This document shows positions 53,634 to 62,932 of a DNA stretch of 64,000 bases, in pieces (position 1 is the first letter of the stretch; the number at the start of each line of letters is the position of its first letter). A program made the translations under genes and the position numbers. The stretch comes from Actinobacteria bacterium UBA7524 (lineage in GTDB: Bacteria > Actinomycetota > Coriobacteriia > Anaerosomatales > UBA912): positions 25,756 through 89,755 of the forward strand of contig DLMY01000003.1 in the NCBI GenBank assembly GCA_002478275.1, written 5' to 3'. The notes under the pieces were generated by a model. That model was not told where the DNA came from, ran no database searches, and saw only the letters and a program-made list of their open reading frames with translations.

Positions 53634-55063
53634 ACCCCCCGCCCGAGTAGTACTGCGAGCGTCTGGAGCACTCCGGCAGAGACGTCGGTGACCAGCCGCG
53701 GCCAAAGTCCCAGGAGCAGGACGGGCACGGCGAGCAGGGCGACGGCGAGCAGGCCGCGCAGATCGAGATCGTCCAGATCGGGATAGCCCTTCACTTCCGG
53801 ACCATGGTTGACGGCGCGGACCGCTCTCAGGTTGTACGCGGCGGCGAGCACCAGTCCGAGGCCGACCGGCGCAGTCCACCAAGCCCACGCCCCGAAAGCC
53901 TCCAGTAAGGCGACGAACTCACCTGGGAATCCAGACAACCCCGGAAGCCCGAGACTCGCGAGCCCGGCGAAGGTGAACGCGACCGCCCATCGAGGGACGA
54001 GGCGGCCAAGACCGCCGAAGCGGTCGATCATCCTCGTATGAGTCCACTCATAGAGCTCGCCTACCAGCAAGAACAGAAGGCCTGCGACCACGCCGTGCGA
54101 GACCATCACCAGCATCGCAGCGGACAAGGCAGCTTCCGTGCCGACGGAAAGCGCGATCACGACGAAGCCCATGTGGGAAACCGAGCTGTAGGCGACCAGG
54201 CGCTTGAGATCGTCTTGTGCAAGCGCCATCGCAGCACCGTAGATGACACCGATCACGCCGAGTGCGAACAGTACCGGCCTTGCGGCGTCCCACGCCTCGG
54301 GCGCGAGAGGCATCGTCAACCGCATCATCCCGTAACCGCCCATCTTGAGCAGCACCCCGGCCAGCAGTATCGAGCCGGCCGTCGGGGCTTCGACGTGAGC
54401 GTCGGGCAACCACGTATGCAAAGGTACGACCGGTATCTTGACCAGCATGCCGACGGACAGAAGGACGAACACGAGCATCCTGGGAAAGTCCGCCCCAGCC
54501 CCCGCAACCTGGGCGAACGTGGCAGCGCGGGCGGTATACATCGTGATCACGAGGCCGATCAGCATGAGCACACTGCCTGCGAACGTGTAGATGAAGAACT
54601 TCATCGCCGCGTGACGACGGTTCTCATGACCCCACTTGCCGATCAGGAAGTACATCGGGATCAGCACGGCCTCCCAGAACACGTAGAACAGCACGATGTG
54701 ATGTGCGAGGAACACTCCCATCACGGCGGCCTGCAAGCCCAACAGCAACGCGTGATGGGCCGCCGGCCTGTCGTCGACCCTCCATGAGGCGAGAACGGCC
54801 ACGATGCCCAGAAGTGCAGTAAGCGCCACCAGCGGTGCCGAGAGGCCGTCGATGACGAGCTGCCACGCCCGCTGGACGTCGCCGAGTTCGACCAGCCCGT
54901 GAGCCGATGAGCCCACGAACACCCCGAGCGGCTGCAGGGAGATCACTGCGCCAGCGGTGACCAGCGTGCTCAAGAAGGCGACGATGCGCGCTCTGGAGCC
55001 AGCCAGCGCCGTGAGCAGCGCTCCGGCCAGCGGCAGCAGCACTATGAGATCGACACGCAGCAC
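53630..55063 (-). CDS. nuoM: NADH-quinone oxidoreductase subunit M
   Basis: 477-aa antiporter-like subunit: ..FYVFWEAVLIPMYFLIGKWG....HTWLPDAHVEAPTAGS..LAG.LLK.G.YG. Confidence 0.9.
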   Translation of the reverse strand: MLRVDLIVLLPLAGALLTALAGSRARIVAFLSTLVTAGAVISLQPLGVFVGSSAHGLVELGDVQRAWQLVIDGLSAPLVALTALLGIVAVLASWRVDDRPAAHHALLLGLQAAVMGVFLAHHIVLFYVFWEAVLIPMYFLIGKWGHENRRHAAMKFFIYTFAGSVLMLIGLVITMYTARAATFAQVAGAGADFPRMLVFVLLSVGMLVKIPVVPLHTWLPDAHVEAPTAGSILLAGVLLKMGGYGMMRLTMPLAPEAWDAARPVLFALGVIGVIYGAAMALAQDDLKRLVAYSSVSHMGFVVIALSVGTEAALSAAMLVMVSHGVVAGLLFLLVGELYEWTHTRMIDRFGGLGRLVPRWAVAFTFAGLASLGLPGLSGFPGEFVALLEAFGAWAWWTAPVGLGLVLAAAYNLRAVRAVNHGPEVKGYPDLDDLDLRGLLAVALLAVPVLLLGLWPRLVTDVSAGVLQTLAVLLGRGV

Positions 55064-55066
55064 CGG

Positions 55067-56920
55067 CTAGCCCCCCACCCCTACGAATCCGACGATACGC
55101 TGCCACATGATCGACAGCACGAACAACACGATGAAGCCGGTGACGACGAGCGATGAGTACCACTGCACATCGCCCATCTGCATCCTGCGCAGGACGTCGC
55201 CCGTGCGGTTGGCGAGCCAGGCGGTACCTTCGGCGGCTCCGTCGATCACGACCCTGTCGACGGTGCGGTACAGCCACGAGCAGAACGTGGTGACCGGACG
55301 AACGATCACGGACGCTACGAGGGCGTCGAACCCGTAAGCCCGGCCGAGCACAGGCCACAACGGTCCGAGCTTCGACTCCAGCGCGCTGTCCGCGAAAACT
55401 CCTCGCTTGTACACGAGAGCGCCAAGCGCGATGAACACGACTGCGATGCCCGTCGAGACGGCAGCAGTCGTGAGATGCAGCTTCTCTGCATGCCCGCCGA
55501 GGAGAACCGCGATCCTGCCACCGCCGAACCCGGCGACAGCTGCGACTGCGGCGAGCACCACCAGCGGCACCGCCATCACCGGCCCGGACTCGTGCGGATG
55601 TCCTGACCCGCGATACGAGCCCGCGAATGCGAGCATGGTCGCGCGTGTGATGTAGAAGGCCGTGAGCGCACTGGCGGCGAACAGGACCGCGCCTGCGATC
55701 GGCTGCGACGACCACACTGCGTGCAGGACTTCGTCTTTCGAGAAGAAGCCCGCGAGCGGAGGGACCCCGGCCAATGCGAGGCTGCCTATGACCCACGTCA
55801 CAGCTGTCACGGGCATCGCCTTCGCGAGACCACCCATCTTGCGCAGGTCCTGGGTACCGGTGCCATGGATGACACTACCGGACCCCAGGAACAACAGCGC
55901 TTTGAACGCGGCGTGTGTCGCGAGATGGAACATCGCGATGATCCAAGCACCTGCGCCCAACGCCGCGAACATGAAGCCCAGCTGGCTTATCGTCGAGTAC
56001 GCCAACACCTTCTTGATGTCCGATTGCGCCAGCGCGATCGTAGCTGCGGCCAATGCCGTGAAAGCTCCGACGGCGAGCACGACCGTCTGGGCCGCGGGCG
56101 ACGCTTCGAAGACGGGCCATACGCGGGAGACCAGGAAGACGCCGGCGGCGACCATCGTCGCGGCATGGATGAGGGCGGACACAGGTGTCGGGCCCTCCAT
56201 CGCGTCGGGCAGCCAGATGTGCAGCGGGAACTGGGCGGACTTACCCATCGCTCCGACAGCCAGCAGCAGGGCGGCCACCGTCGCCACACCAGGCGCAAGC
56301 TGGGCAGCTACAGGCAGCAGCGTCGCGTAATCGAGCGCGCCGACCTCACGCCACAACAGCAAGAGGCCCAGGAGCAGGCCGATGTCGCCGACCCGGGTCG
56401 TGAGAAACGCCTTGACAGCCGCGGCAGCAGCCTCGGGCTTGGTGAACCAGAAGCCGATGAGCAGGTAGCTGCACGCCCCCACCAGCTCCCAGCCGATGAA
56501 CAACCCCGCAAGCCCGTCGGCGATCACGAGCGCCGACATCGAACCGGTGAACAGGCAAAGCAGGGCGAAGTAGCGGGTGAAACCGGGTTCCTCGGCCATG
56601 TATCCGACCGAGAAGACCATCACCATGAGCGCGACCAGGCCGACGACGAGCAGCATCAGCGCGACAAGACCATCGACATGCCAGCCGGCCGATATCGACA
56701 TACCCGCCGAGGAGATCCATTCGAAGCTGCCCTCCCCGGGCGTGCGTCCTCCGGCGATCGCGAGGTACGCGGAGACTCCCGTGACGAGCACGCTCAGCGG
56801 AGCGAGCATCGCGAGCCACGCAACCGCGCGACCCAGCACGCGGCCGCTGATTGCTACGGCGACCGCCAGAACGAACGGCAGCGCCACGGTGATCCAGGCG
56901 TTGTCAGCGAACCACGTCAC
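55067..56920 (-). CDS. nuoL: NADH-quinone oxidoreductase subunit L
   Basis: 617 aa: ..GWELVGACSYLLIGFW....KSAQFPLHIWLPDAMEGPTPVSALIHAATMV.AG. with a C-terminal lateral-helix region. Confidence 0.9.
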   Translation of the reverse strand: MTWFADNAWITVALPFVLAVAVAISGRVLGRAVAWLAMLAPLSVLVTGVSAYLAIAGGRTPGEGSFEWISSAGMSISAGWHVDGLVALMLLVVGLVALMVMVFSVGYMAEEPGFTRYFALLCLFTGSMSALVIADGLAGLFIGWELVGACSYLLIGFWFTKPEAAAAAVKAFLTTRVGDIGLLLGLLLLWREVGALDYATLLPVAAQLAPGVATVAALLLAVGAMGKSAQFPLHIWLPDAMEGPTPVSALIHAATMVAAGVFLVSRVWPVFEASPAAQTVVLAVGAFTALAAATIALAQSDIKKVLAYSTISQLGFMFAALGAGAWIIAMFHLATHAAFKALLFLGSGSVIHGTGTQDLRKMGGLAKAMPVTAVTWVIGSLALAGVPPLAGFFSKDEVLHAVWSSQPIAGAVLFAASALTAFYITRATMLAFAGSYRGSGHPHESGPVMAVPLVVLAAVAAVAGFGGGRIAVLLGGHAEKLHLTTAAVSTGIAVVFIALGALVYKRGVFADSALESKLGPLWPVLGRAYGFDALVASVIVRPVTTFCSWLYRTVDRVVIDGAAEGTAWLANRTGDVLRRMQMGDVQWYSSLVVTGFIVLFVLSIMWQRIVGFVGVGG

Positions 56921-56921
56921 G

Positions 56922-57236
56922 TCAGCCCTTCACCTCCGTGATCTCGTCGGTGCGGGTGCGTGCGGTCTTGCGAGCCAACGCAACGAGCAGCGCCAGCCCG
57001 ACCGCGGCGCCTGCGGCGGCGGTGACCATGAGGATGAGTGCGATGGCGCCGGTGTGTGTGGGGTCGGGCGTGATCGTGGTGGCGACCGTCGTCGTGCGAG
57101 AAAGCCCGACGAACAGCAGGGTCGCGGAACCGAGCATCATCTCGATGGACGCAAGGACCCCGACTATGTCGCGCCGAGTAAGCACACCATAGAGAGCGAG
57201 GGAGAAGAGTACCATCGTGACCACGATGAAGTTCAT
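56922..57236 (-). CDS. nuoK: NADH-quinone oxidoreductase subunit K
   Basis: 104-aa three-helix protein: ..LYGVLTRRDIVGVLASIEMMLGSA... Confidence 0.85.
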   Translation of the reverse strand: MNFIVVTMVLFSLALYGVLTRRDIVGVLASIEMMLGSATLLFVGLSRTTTVATTITPDPTHTGAIALILMVTAAAGAAVGLALLVALARKTARTRTDEITEVKG

Positions 57237-57733
57237 CGCTTCTCACCTCCCACGATGACGACCGCCGCGACGAGTGCTGCGAGCAAGAGCACACCAGCGG
57301 CCTCGAAATGCGGCAGATACGCGCCGAGCAACGACACGCCTATCTCGGCATCGGCGCCGCCGACGGTGGGCAGCTGCCCGGTCACATACTCACGAAGCGA
57401 GGTGATGACCAGCACGGCGACGCCCACGGCGACAACCGCACTGTCCAACGCATGACGCGACGTCAGCTCGGGCAGGCCCTGCTCCGAGCGGTGCAGGAAC
57501 ATGATCGCGAACAGGATGAGCACCAACACGCCGCCGACATAGACGAACACCTGGGCGATGGCGACGAACGCATGGCCGAAGTACAGGAACCAGCCTGCGA
57601 CGGAGAGAAGGAATACCCCGAGGCCGAGCGTGAGCCGCATGACATCGCGCGTGAATACCGCTGTCGCCGCACCTGCGATCGATATCGCCGAGAGAAGCCA
57701 GAACGCGATGTCGGCAAGGTTGAGCTCCATCAC
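57233..57733 (-). CDS. nuoJ: NADH-quinone oxidoreductase subunit J
   Basis: 166 aa: ..FWLLSAISIAGAATAVFTRDVMR....VYVGGVLVLILF. 4-nt overlaps on both sides. Confidence 0.85.
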   Translation of the reverse strand: MMELNLADIAFWLLSAISIAGAATAVFTRDVMRLTLGLGVFLLSVAGWFLYFGHAFVAIAQVFVYVGGVLVLILFAIMFLHRSEQGLPELTSRHALDSAVVAVGVAVLVITSLREYVTGQLPTVGGADAEIGVSLLGAYLPHFEAAGVLLLAALVAAVVIVGGEKR

Positions 57734-59733
57734 GCCTCACCCCCGCTGTCGCCGGGGTGAATTCCGTCCCGACCGGTCGAGCGCGTGCCGGCAGGATCGC
57801 GCAACATCTCGTCGCGATCGAAGATCATGAGATCGCGCTGGTAGAAGGAGAGCTCGTACTGCCCGGTATGTCGCAACGCATCGGTCGGACACTGTTCGGC
57901 ACACAGGCCACAGAAGCAGCACTTCGTCAGGTCGAGGTCGTAGTGGGTCACCTTGCGCTCGCCGGGATCGTCGATGCGGTCCACGGAGATCGCGTAGTCG
58001 GGGCAGGTCCGCGCGCAGAAGGTGCATCCGACGCACACACCGGTCTGACACCTCAGACAGCGCGCAGCCTCGTTCAGCGCCTCCAGATGGGTCATGCCGA
58101 GTTCGACCTGACGGAAGTCGGTCGCCCGTTCCTCCGGCCGCGCCATAGGCATCGGCACGCGTCTACGGCTTTCCTCGACGCCTTCGACCGTCGCGACCTG
58201 ATAGCGGTCGTACACAGGGACCGGACGAGCGACACGACCCTCGAAAAGGTCGTGTCCCTGAAGGTAGCGGTCGATCGAGATGGCCGCCTCGTGGCCCGAG
58301 GCGATCGAAGCGATGGCGCTACCGGGGCCGGTCACCACCTCGCCACTCGCGAAGACCCCGGGGACATCGGTGGTCATGACCTCGCCGTCGACCGGCAGAA
58401 GGCCGCGGTCGGTGAGCATCAGGTCCGAGCCGCCCACCAGGTCGGCGAGCAACGGCGCCTGTCCGATCGAGAACACGACGACATCGCAGTCGACGGTTGT
58501 GTACTCGTCGCCGAACTTGGGTGAGAAACGGCCGGATTCATCGAACACGGAGAGGCATTCGCGCAGCTGCATGCCAACGACCTTGCCATCCTGCTCGAGC
58601 ACCTTCTCGGGACCCTGGCCGCACATCGCTATGACGCCCTCGTCGAGCGCTTCCTCGATCTCCCAGGGGTGACAGGGCATCTCCTCGGAGGCCTCCAGGC
58701 ACGCAAGCCGTACCTCGCTCGCCCCGACACGCAAAGCGCACCGGGCCACGTCGACCGCGACATTGCCGCCGCCGATGACCATGACCCGCAAGCCCTTGAC
58801 GCCGGCATCGCCCTTCCAGTTCGATTCCCGGAGGAACTCCAACGCGCCCCTAACGCCGTCGGCGTCAGTGCCGGGGATCGGCAGCAAGCGGCTGACCTGT
58901 AAGCCTACAGCGATGAGTACAGCGTCGAACTCGCCCATGAGGTGATCGATGGGCACGTCGACGCCGATCTCGACACCGCAGTGCAGCTCAAGCCCGAGCG
59001 CGACCAGGTCGTCGATCTCGCCGTGAAGCACTTCGCGGGGCAAACGGTACGAAGGCACGCCGGAGTACAGCGCCCCTCCGGGCTTGGCCTCCTTCTCGTA
59101 CATGGTGACCTTGTAGCCCAGGCGCATCAGGTCGAAGGCGGCCGCCAGTCCCGATGGTCCGGAACCGATGATCGCGACCGACTTGTCCTGCGTCACAGGC
59201 ATGGGCGAAAGCGCAGGCTTGTTCTCCTGATACGCCTCGTACGCCATGCGATGAAGCGGCCTGATGGCGAGAGGTTCGTCATAGTAGTTGCGCCTGCAGG
59301 CGTTCTCGCACGGATGGTGGCAGATGCGTCCGAGCACGCCGGGCATGATGTTGCGCTCGCGAACCAGTTCGTATGCTTCCACCGGGCGGTCATCGGCCAT
59401 GTAGTAGTTCTGGCCTCGCGCATCCACGTTCGCGGGACAGTTGCCGACACAAGGGGCGAGTCTCTCCTCGGCGTACAGACCGGCGATGATACCGTTGTAC
59501 TCGGGCGCCTGGCTTCGGACGACCTCGATCTCGTCGTGGCCGAGGATACCGTTCAGATGCAGCGAGCCGCGCCAACGTGCCGTCATCGGCAGCTTCTCGG
59601 CAGGGTAGCTGAGCGTCTTATGCGGCCCCATCGCGCGGCCGAGTGTGATCGACAGACCCGTCGCGAGCGACTTCCAGCGCTCGACGACGCCGGCGATGCC
59701 CTCGGAGTACTCGTTGCTGACCTGGGGCCTCAC
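57730..59733 (-). CDS. nuoI: Chimeric NuoI: NuoI N-terminal segment, then an inserted GltD/NfnB-like NAD(P)H-FAD-FeS oxidoreductase module, then the NuoI 2x[4Fe-4S] ferredoxin domain (667 aa)
   Basis: NuoI-like ends: ..WKSLATGLSITLGRAMGPHKTLSYPAEKLPMTARWRGSLHL and CVGCTFCARTCPDYAISV..LTKCCFCGLCAEQCPTDAL..YELSFYQRDLMIFDRDEML. The insert (about nt 58075-59550) contains CVGNCPANVD..GRICHHPCENAC, VAIIGSGPSGLAAA, VMVIGGGNVAVDVA and GVFASGEVVTGPGSAIASIASGHEAA. The GTG at 59733 overlaps the nuoH stop. Confidence 0.85.
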   Translation of the reverse strand: MRPQVSNEYSEGIAGVVERWKSLATGLSITLGRAMGPHKTLSYPAEKLPMTARWRGSLHLNGILGHDEIEVVRSQAPEYNGIIAGLYAEERLAPCVGNCPANVDARGQNYYMADDRPVEAYELVRERNIMPGVLGRICHHPCENACRRNYYDEPLAIRPLHRMAYEAYQENKPALSPMPVTQDKSVAIIGSGPSGLAAAFDLMRLGYKVTMYEKEAKPGGALYSGVPSYRLPREVLHGEIDDLVALGLELHCGVEIGVDVPIDHLMGEFDAVLIAVGLQVSRLLPIPGTDADGVRGALEFLRESNWKGDAGVKGLRVMVIGGGNVAVDVARCALRVGASEVRLACLEASEEMPCHPWEIEEALDEGVIAMCGQGPEKVLEQDGKVVGMQLRECLSVFDESGRFSPKFGDEYTTVDCDVVVFSIGQAPLLADLVGGSDLMLTDRGLLPVDGEVMTTDVPGVFASGEVVTGPGSAIASIASGHEAAISIDRYLQGHDLFEGRVARPVPVYDRYQVATVEGVEESRRRVPMPMARPEERATDFRQVELGMTHLEALNEAARCLRCQTGVCVGCTFCARTCPDYAISVDRIDDPGERKVTHYDLDLTKCCFCGLCAEQCPTDALRHTGQYELSFYQRDLMIFDRDEMLRDPAGTRSTGRDGIHPGDSGGEA

Positions 59734-60680
59734 ATCCACGGGACGATCACCCCCACGATCACCAGCTGGACCAGTGCCATCGGGGTGAGGATCTTCCAGG
59801 CGGTGGTCATGAGCTGGTCGGAGCGCATCCGCGGGAAGGTCCACTTCACGAAGATGATCGCGGTGATCAGAAGGAGTGTGAGAGCGATGAAGAGTACGAC
59901 ACCGAAGGCTCCGGGCAGCCAGCGCCACCCTCCGAGGAAGACGGCGGCGCCGAACAGCGACGCGGCGACCACGGCACCGTACTCGGTCATCATGAAGATG
60001 CCCCAGCGGATGCCCGAGTAGTCTGCGAAGTAGCCCGCAACCAGCTCGGATTCGGCTTGCGGCAGGTCGAACGGGATGCTGTTGACCTCGGCGATCGAGG
60101 AGATGAAGTAGACGAGGAACCCGATGGCGTTAGCGAGGATCCACCAGGGACGCCAGGCCTCCATCACCTCAAGCGGCCGCATGGATCCGGCGAGCACGAC
60201 GACCGAGAGCACGGAGAGCGTGCGAGGCAGCTCGTAGGAGATCATCTGAGCTGCGGCGCGCAGACCTCCGATCGTCGCGTAGGTGTTGCGGCTCGACCAA
60301 CCGGCGAGCAACATGCCGATCACAGAAAGCGACGGTACTGCCAGGAAGAACAGCATGCCGATGCTCGTGTTCAGTGGCGCGAAGCCCGAGGCGAAGGGAA
60401 TCACCGTCAGGGACATGGCCACCGGCACGAAGACGATGTGCGGGGCGAGGCGGAACACTCGAACATCGACCTGAGCTGGGGTGATGTCCTCTTTGAGTAT
60501 CATCTTGAGGGTGTCGGCGGGCACCTGCAGCAGGCCGGCGGGACCGGTGGTCTGCGGCCCGATACGCATGTGGATGCGTCCGGCGACCTTGCGCTCCCAC
60601 CAGACTCCGAACACGGTCGCAAGGGCGATGAGCATGCCTCCCGCAAGTCCCCAGACGAGTCCTCCGACGAAGCCGCTCAC
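59730..60680 (-). CDS. nuoH: NADH-quinone oxidoreductase subunit H
   Basis: ..WWERKVAGRIHMRIGPQTTGPAGLLQVPADTLKM..KEDI.P.......ELV.G...EYSG.. Confidence 0.9.
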   Translation of the reverse strand: MSGFVGGLVWGLAGGMLIALATVFGVWWERKVAGRIHMRIGPQTTGPAGLLQVPADTLKMILKEDITPAQVDVRVFRLAPHIVFVPVAMSLTVIPFASGFAPLNTSIGMLFFLAVPSLSVIGMLLAGWSSRNTYATIGGLRAAAQMISYELPRTLSVLSVVVLAGSMRPLEVMEAWRPWWILANAIGFLVYFISSIAEVNSIPFDLPQAESELVAGYFADYSGIRWGIFMMTEYGAVVAASLFGAAVFLGGWRWLPGAFGVVLFIALTLLLITAIIFVKWTFPRMRSDQLMTTAWKILTPMALVQLVIVGVIVPWM

Positions 60681-61822
60681 CGGTCCACCTCCCCGAACAC
60701 GGGGTCCAGCGATCCGAGAACGACCACCAGGTCGGAGAGCGTGTGCCCCACAGCGAGCTTGGGCACCAGTGCGAGGTTGCAGAACGCCGGAGAGCGGAAC
60801 TTCACGCGATAAGGCCTGGGTGAGCCGTCGGCGACGATGTAGACGCCCAGCGAACCACGCGCGCTCTCGATGTGGTCGTACGCGTCACCTGCGCGTGGCA
60901 TGATCAGGCGCGGCTGGCCCTCGACCTTGTGTGGACCTGTCGGCATCTGCTCGATGGCTTGCTCGATGATGCTGCAGCTCTCGTAGCATTCCAGCAGACG
61001 CGTACGTGCGCGGTCGTACGCATCGCCGTTCTCGCCGATGGGAACGTTGAAATCGAATCGGGGGTACACGGAGTACGAGTCGTGTTTGCGCAGGTCCCAG
61101 TCCACGCCGGAACCTCGCGCGACCGGCCCGGAAGCACCCCACGCGACCGCGTCGTCGCGACCGAGCACGGCGACGCCCTTGAGCCTGCCGCGTGCGATCA
61201 CGTTGCCGAAGTACATGCGGTCCATCAGATCGAGTGCTTTGCGATGGGCCTTCGTGAACTCAAGGACCGAATCGGTCCAGCCTTCGGGAAGGTCGAAGGC
61301 GACTCCGCCGGGACGAACGTAGTTGTAGGTGAGCCGGGCGCCGCAGAGCTCCTCGAACAGCTCGATGATGCGCTCGCGCTCGTCGAAGGAGTAGATGAAG
61401 AGCGTGGCTGCGGCCGTGTCTGCCGCTGCCGACCCGATCGACATCATGTGGCTGGCGATACGCTGCATCTCTGCGACGATCACGCGGATGTACTCAGCGC
61501 GCTCCGGGACCCGGATGGCGGCAAGGCGCTCCACCGCACGGCAGTACGCCCAGTTGGAGTACATGCTGCCGACGTAGTCGAGACGATCCGTCAGTGGGAC
61601 CACCTGGAGATACGTACGGTTCTCGCACATCTTCTCGATACCGCGGTGCAGGTACCCGATGATCATGTCGGCCTTGGTGATGACCTCACCGTCGAGGTGA
61701 ACGACCACACGGCCGACGCCATGTGTGGAGGGGTGTGATGGACCGACGTTGACGACCAGCTCCTGACGGGGTCGTCCGTCGGGGCCCTCTGTCTGACGCT
61801 GCTCCTCTATCTGCAAAGACAT
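60677..61822 (-). CDS. nuoD: NADH-quinone oxidoreductase subunit D
   Basis: ..LVVNVGPSHPSTHGV.R.....DGE......IGYLHRG.EK..E.R.Y.Q..P.TDRLDY......E..R.SL. ATG at 61822 after GGAGAGGAGG. Confidence 0.9.
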   Translation of the reverse strand: MSLQIEEQRQTEGPDGRPRQELVVNVGPSHPSTHGVGRVVVHLDGEVITKADMIIGYLHRGIEKMCENRTYLQVVPLTDRLDYVGSMYSNWAYCRAVERLAAIRVPERAEYIRVIVAEMQRIASHMMSIGSAAADTAAATLFIYSFDERERIIELFEELCGARLTYNYVRPGGVAFDLPEGWTDSVLEFTKAHRKALDLMDRMYFGNVIARGRLKGVAVLGRDDAVAWGASGPVARGSGVDWDLRKHDSYSVYPRFDFNVPIGENGDAYDRARTRLLECYESCSIIEQAIEQMPTGPHKVEGQPRLIMPRAGDAYDHIESARGSLGVYIVADGSPRPYRVKFRSPAFCNLALVPKLAVGHTLSDLVVVLGSLDPVFGEVDR

Positions 61823-61881
61823 CGTGCGGTCCACCTCCTCTCCAAGCTCGAGGCCATCATCGGCCGGCCGTTCGCCACCGG

Positions 61882-62343
61882 TCAGATGTAGTCGGGCCTC
61901 TTGATGATGCGTTCATCCTGGTAGTCCTTGCGCAGTGGATGGCCGACCCAGTCCTCGGGCAGCATGATGCGGCGCAGGTCCGGATGACCGTCGAACTCGA
62001 TTCCGAACAAGTCGTAGACCTCGCGCTCCTGCCACAAGGCGGCAGGCCAAAGGTCGTACAAAGACCTGGTGTGGGGCTTGTCGCGCGGGACCAGGCACTT
62101 CAGGAACATCCCGACCGACATCTCGCGAGATGTCAGCCGATATACCATCTCGAAGTGCTCGCCCCGGTCGACCGCTGTGACCATGCCGAGCATGTCGAAG
62201 CCCAGTGACTTGAGATCGGCGGCAGCGTCGTAGAGTCCCCGGCACTCGACCTGCAAGGTGCCGTCCCCGAACTCGATCGAGAACAGAGGACACAGGTCGG
62301 GGTACTGGCCGCACAGGTGATCGCGGAGTTCGTCGATGTTCAC
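61882..62343 (-). CDS. nuoC: NADH-quinone oxidoreductase subunit C
   Basis: ..[51 protein letters not shown] at 62343, one nt after the nuoB stop. The longer track ORF overlaps nuoB out of frame. Confidence 0.88.
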   Translation of the reverse strand: MNIDELRDHLCGQYPDLCPLFSIEFGDGTLQVECRGLYDAAADLKSLGFDMLGMVTAVDRGEHFEMVYRLTSREMSVGMFLKCLVPRDKPHTRSLYDLWPAALWQEREVYDLFGIEFDGHPDLRRIMLPEDWVGHPLRKDYQDERIIKRPDYI

Positions 62344-62344
62344 G

Positions 62345-62932
62345 TCACCCCACCTCCCCCGGCTCTGAAGGCTCGACTGAAGCCCGGGATTCGCCGGGGC
62401 CCGGCAGGGTGAGCTTGCGAACATGGCGCGTGTTCGGGCCGATGGACTCCTGGCGGATCTTCTCACGCAACTGCATGAGAGCGTCTTGCACGGCTTCCGG
62501 ACGCGGGGGGCAACCGGCGATGTAGACGTCCACCGGAAGGAATTCGTCCACGCCGCGTACGACCGAATACGTGTCGTAGTAGAAGATGCCGCCCGATACG
62601 GTGCAGTTTCCCATGGCGATGACCCATTTCGGATCGGGCATCTGTTCGTAGAGCCTGATGACCGCCGGCTGCATCTTACGGGTGATCGTTCCCGCAACGA
62701 CCATGACGTCAGCGTGCCGCGGGTCCGCTTGCGGAATGACCCCGTGCCGGTCAGAGTCGAACTTGGTGAACGGGAAAGAAGCGATCATCTCCATGGCGCA
62801 GCACGCCGTGCCCATCGGCATGACCCACTGGGAGTGGCTACGAGCCCAGTCGAACAGGGCATCAAGGGAACTGAGAACGACGCGTCCCGGCCCATGCTCC
62901 AGCGCAGAGCCCACGCGATCTACAATCGCCAC
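62345..62932 (-). CDS. nuoB: NADH-quinone oxidoreductase subunit B (N2 cluster subunit), with a short Pro/Glu-rich C-terminal tail
   Basis: ..[11 protein letters not shown]...DV.VVAGT.T.KM.P.....[16 protein letters not shown].......V.GVD...PVDVYI.GCPPRPE. Start is the GTG at 62932, or alternatively 62914. Confidence 0.88.
   Translation of the reverse strand: MAIVDRVGSALEHGPGRVVLSSLDALFDWARSHSQWVMPMGTACCAMEMIASFPFTKFDSDRHGVIPQADPRHADVMVVAGTITRKMQPAVIRLYEQMPDPKWVIAMGNCTVSGGIFYYDTYSVVRGVDEFLPVDVYIAGCPPRPEAVQDALMQLREKIRQESIGPNTRHVRKLTLPGPGESRASVEPSEPGEVG

Noticed and set aside
59734-59928. The extra 65 N-terminal codons of the track ORF 57730..59928. Similar 5' over-extensions occur for der, nuoN, nuoC, nuoB, scpA, trpS, hisC, tyrA, cobS and RNase HI.
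   Set aside because: The extensions overlap the preceding well-supported gene out of frame, are Arg/Pro-rich, and precede an internal ATG/GTG/TTG that gives a canonical N-terminus and a 1-4-nt junction. Starts were re-set accordingly.
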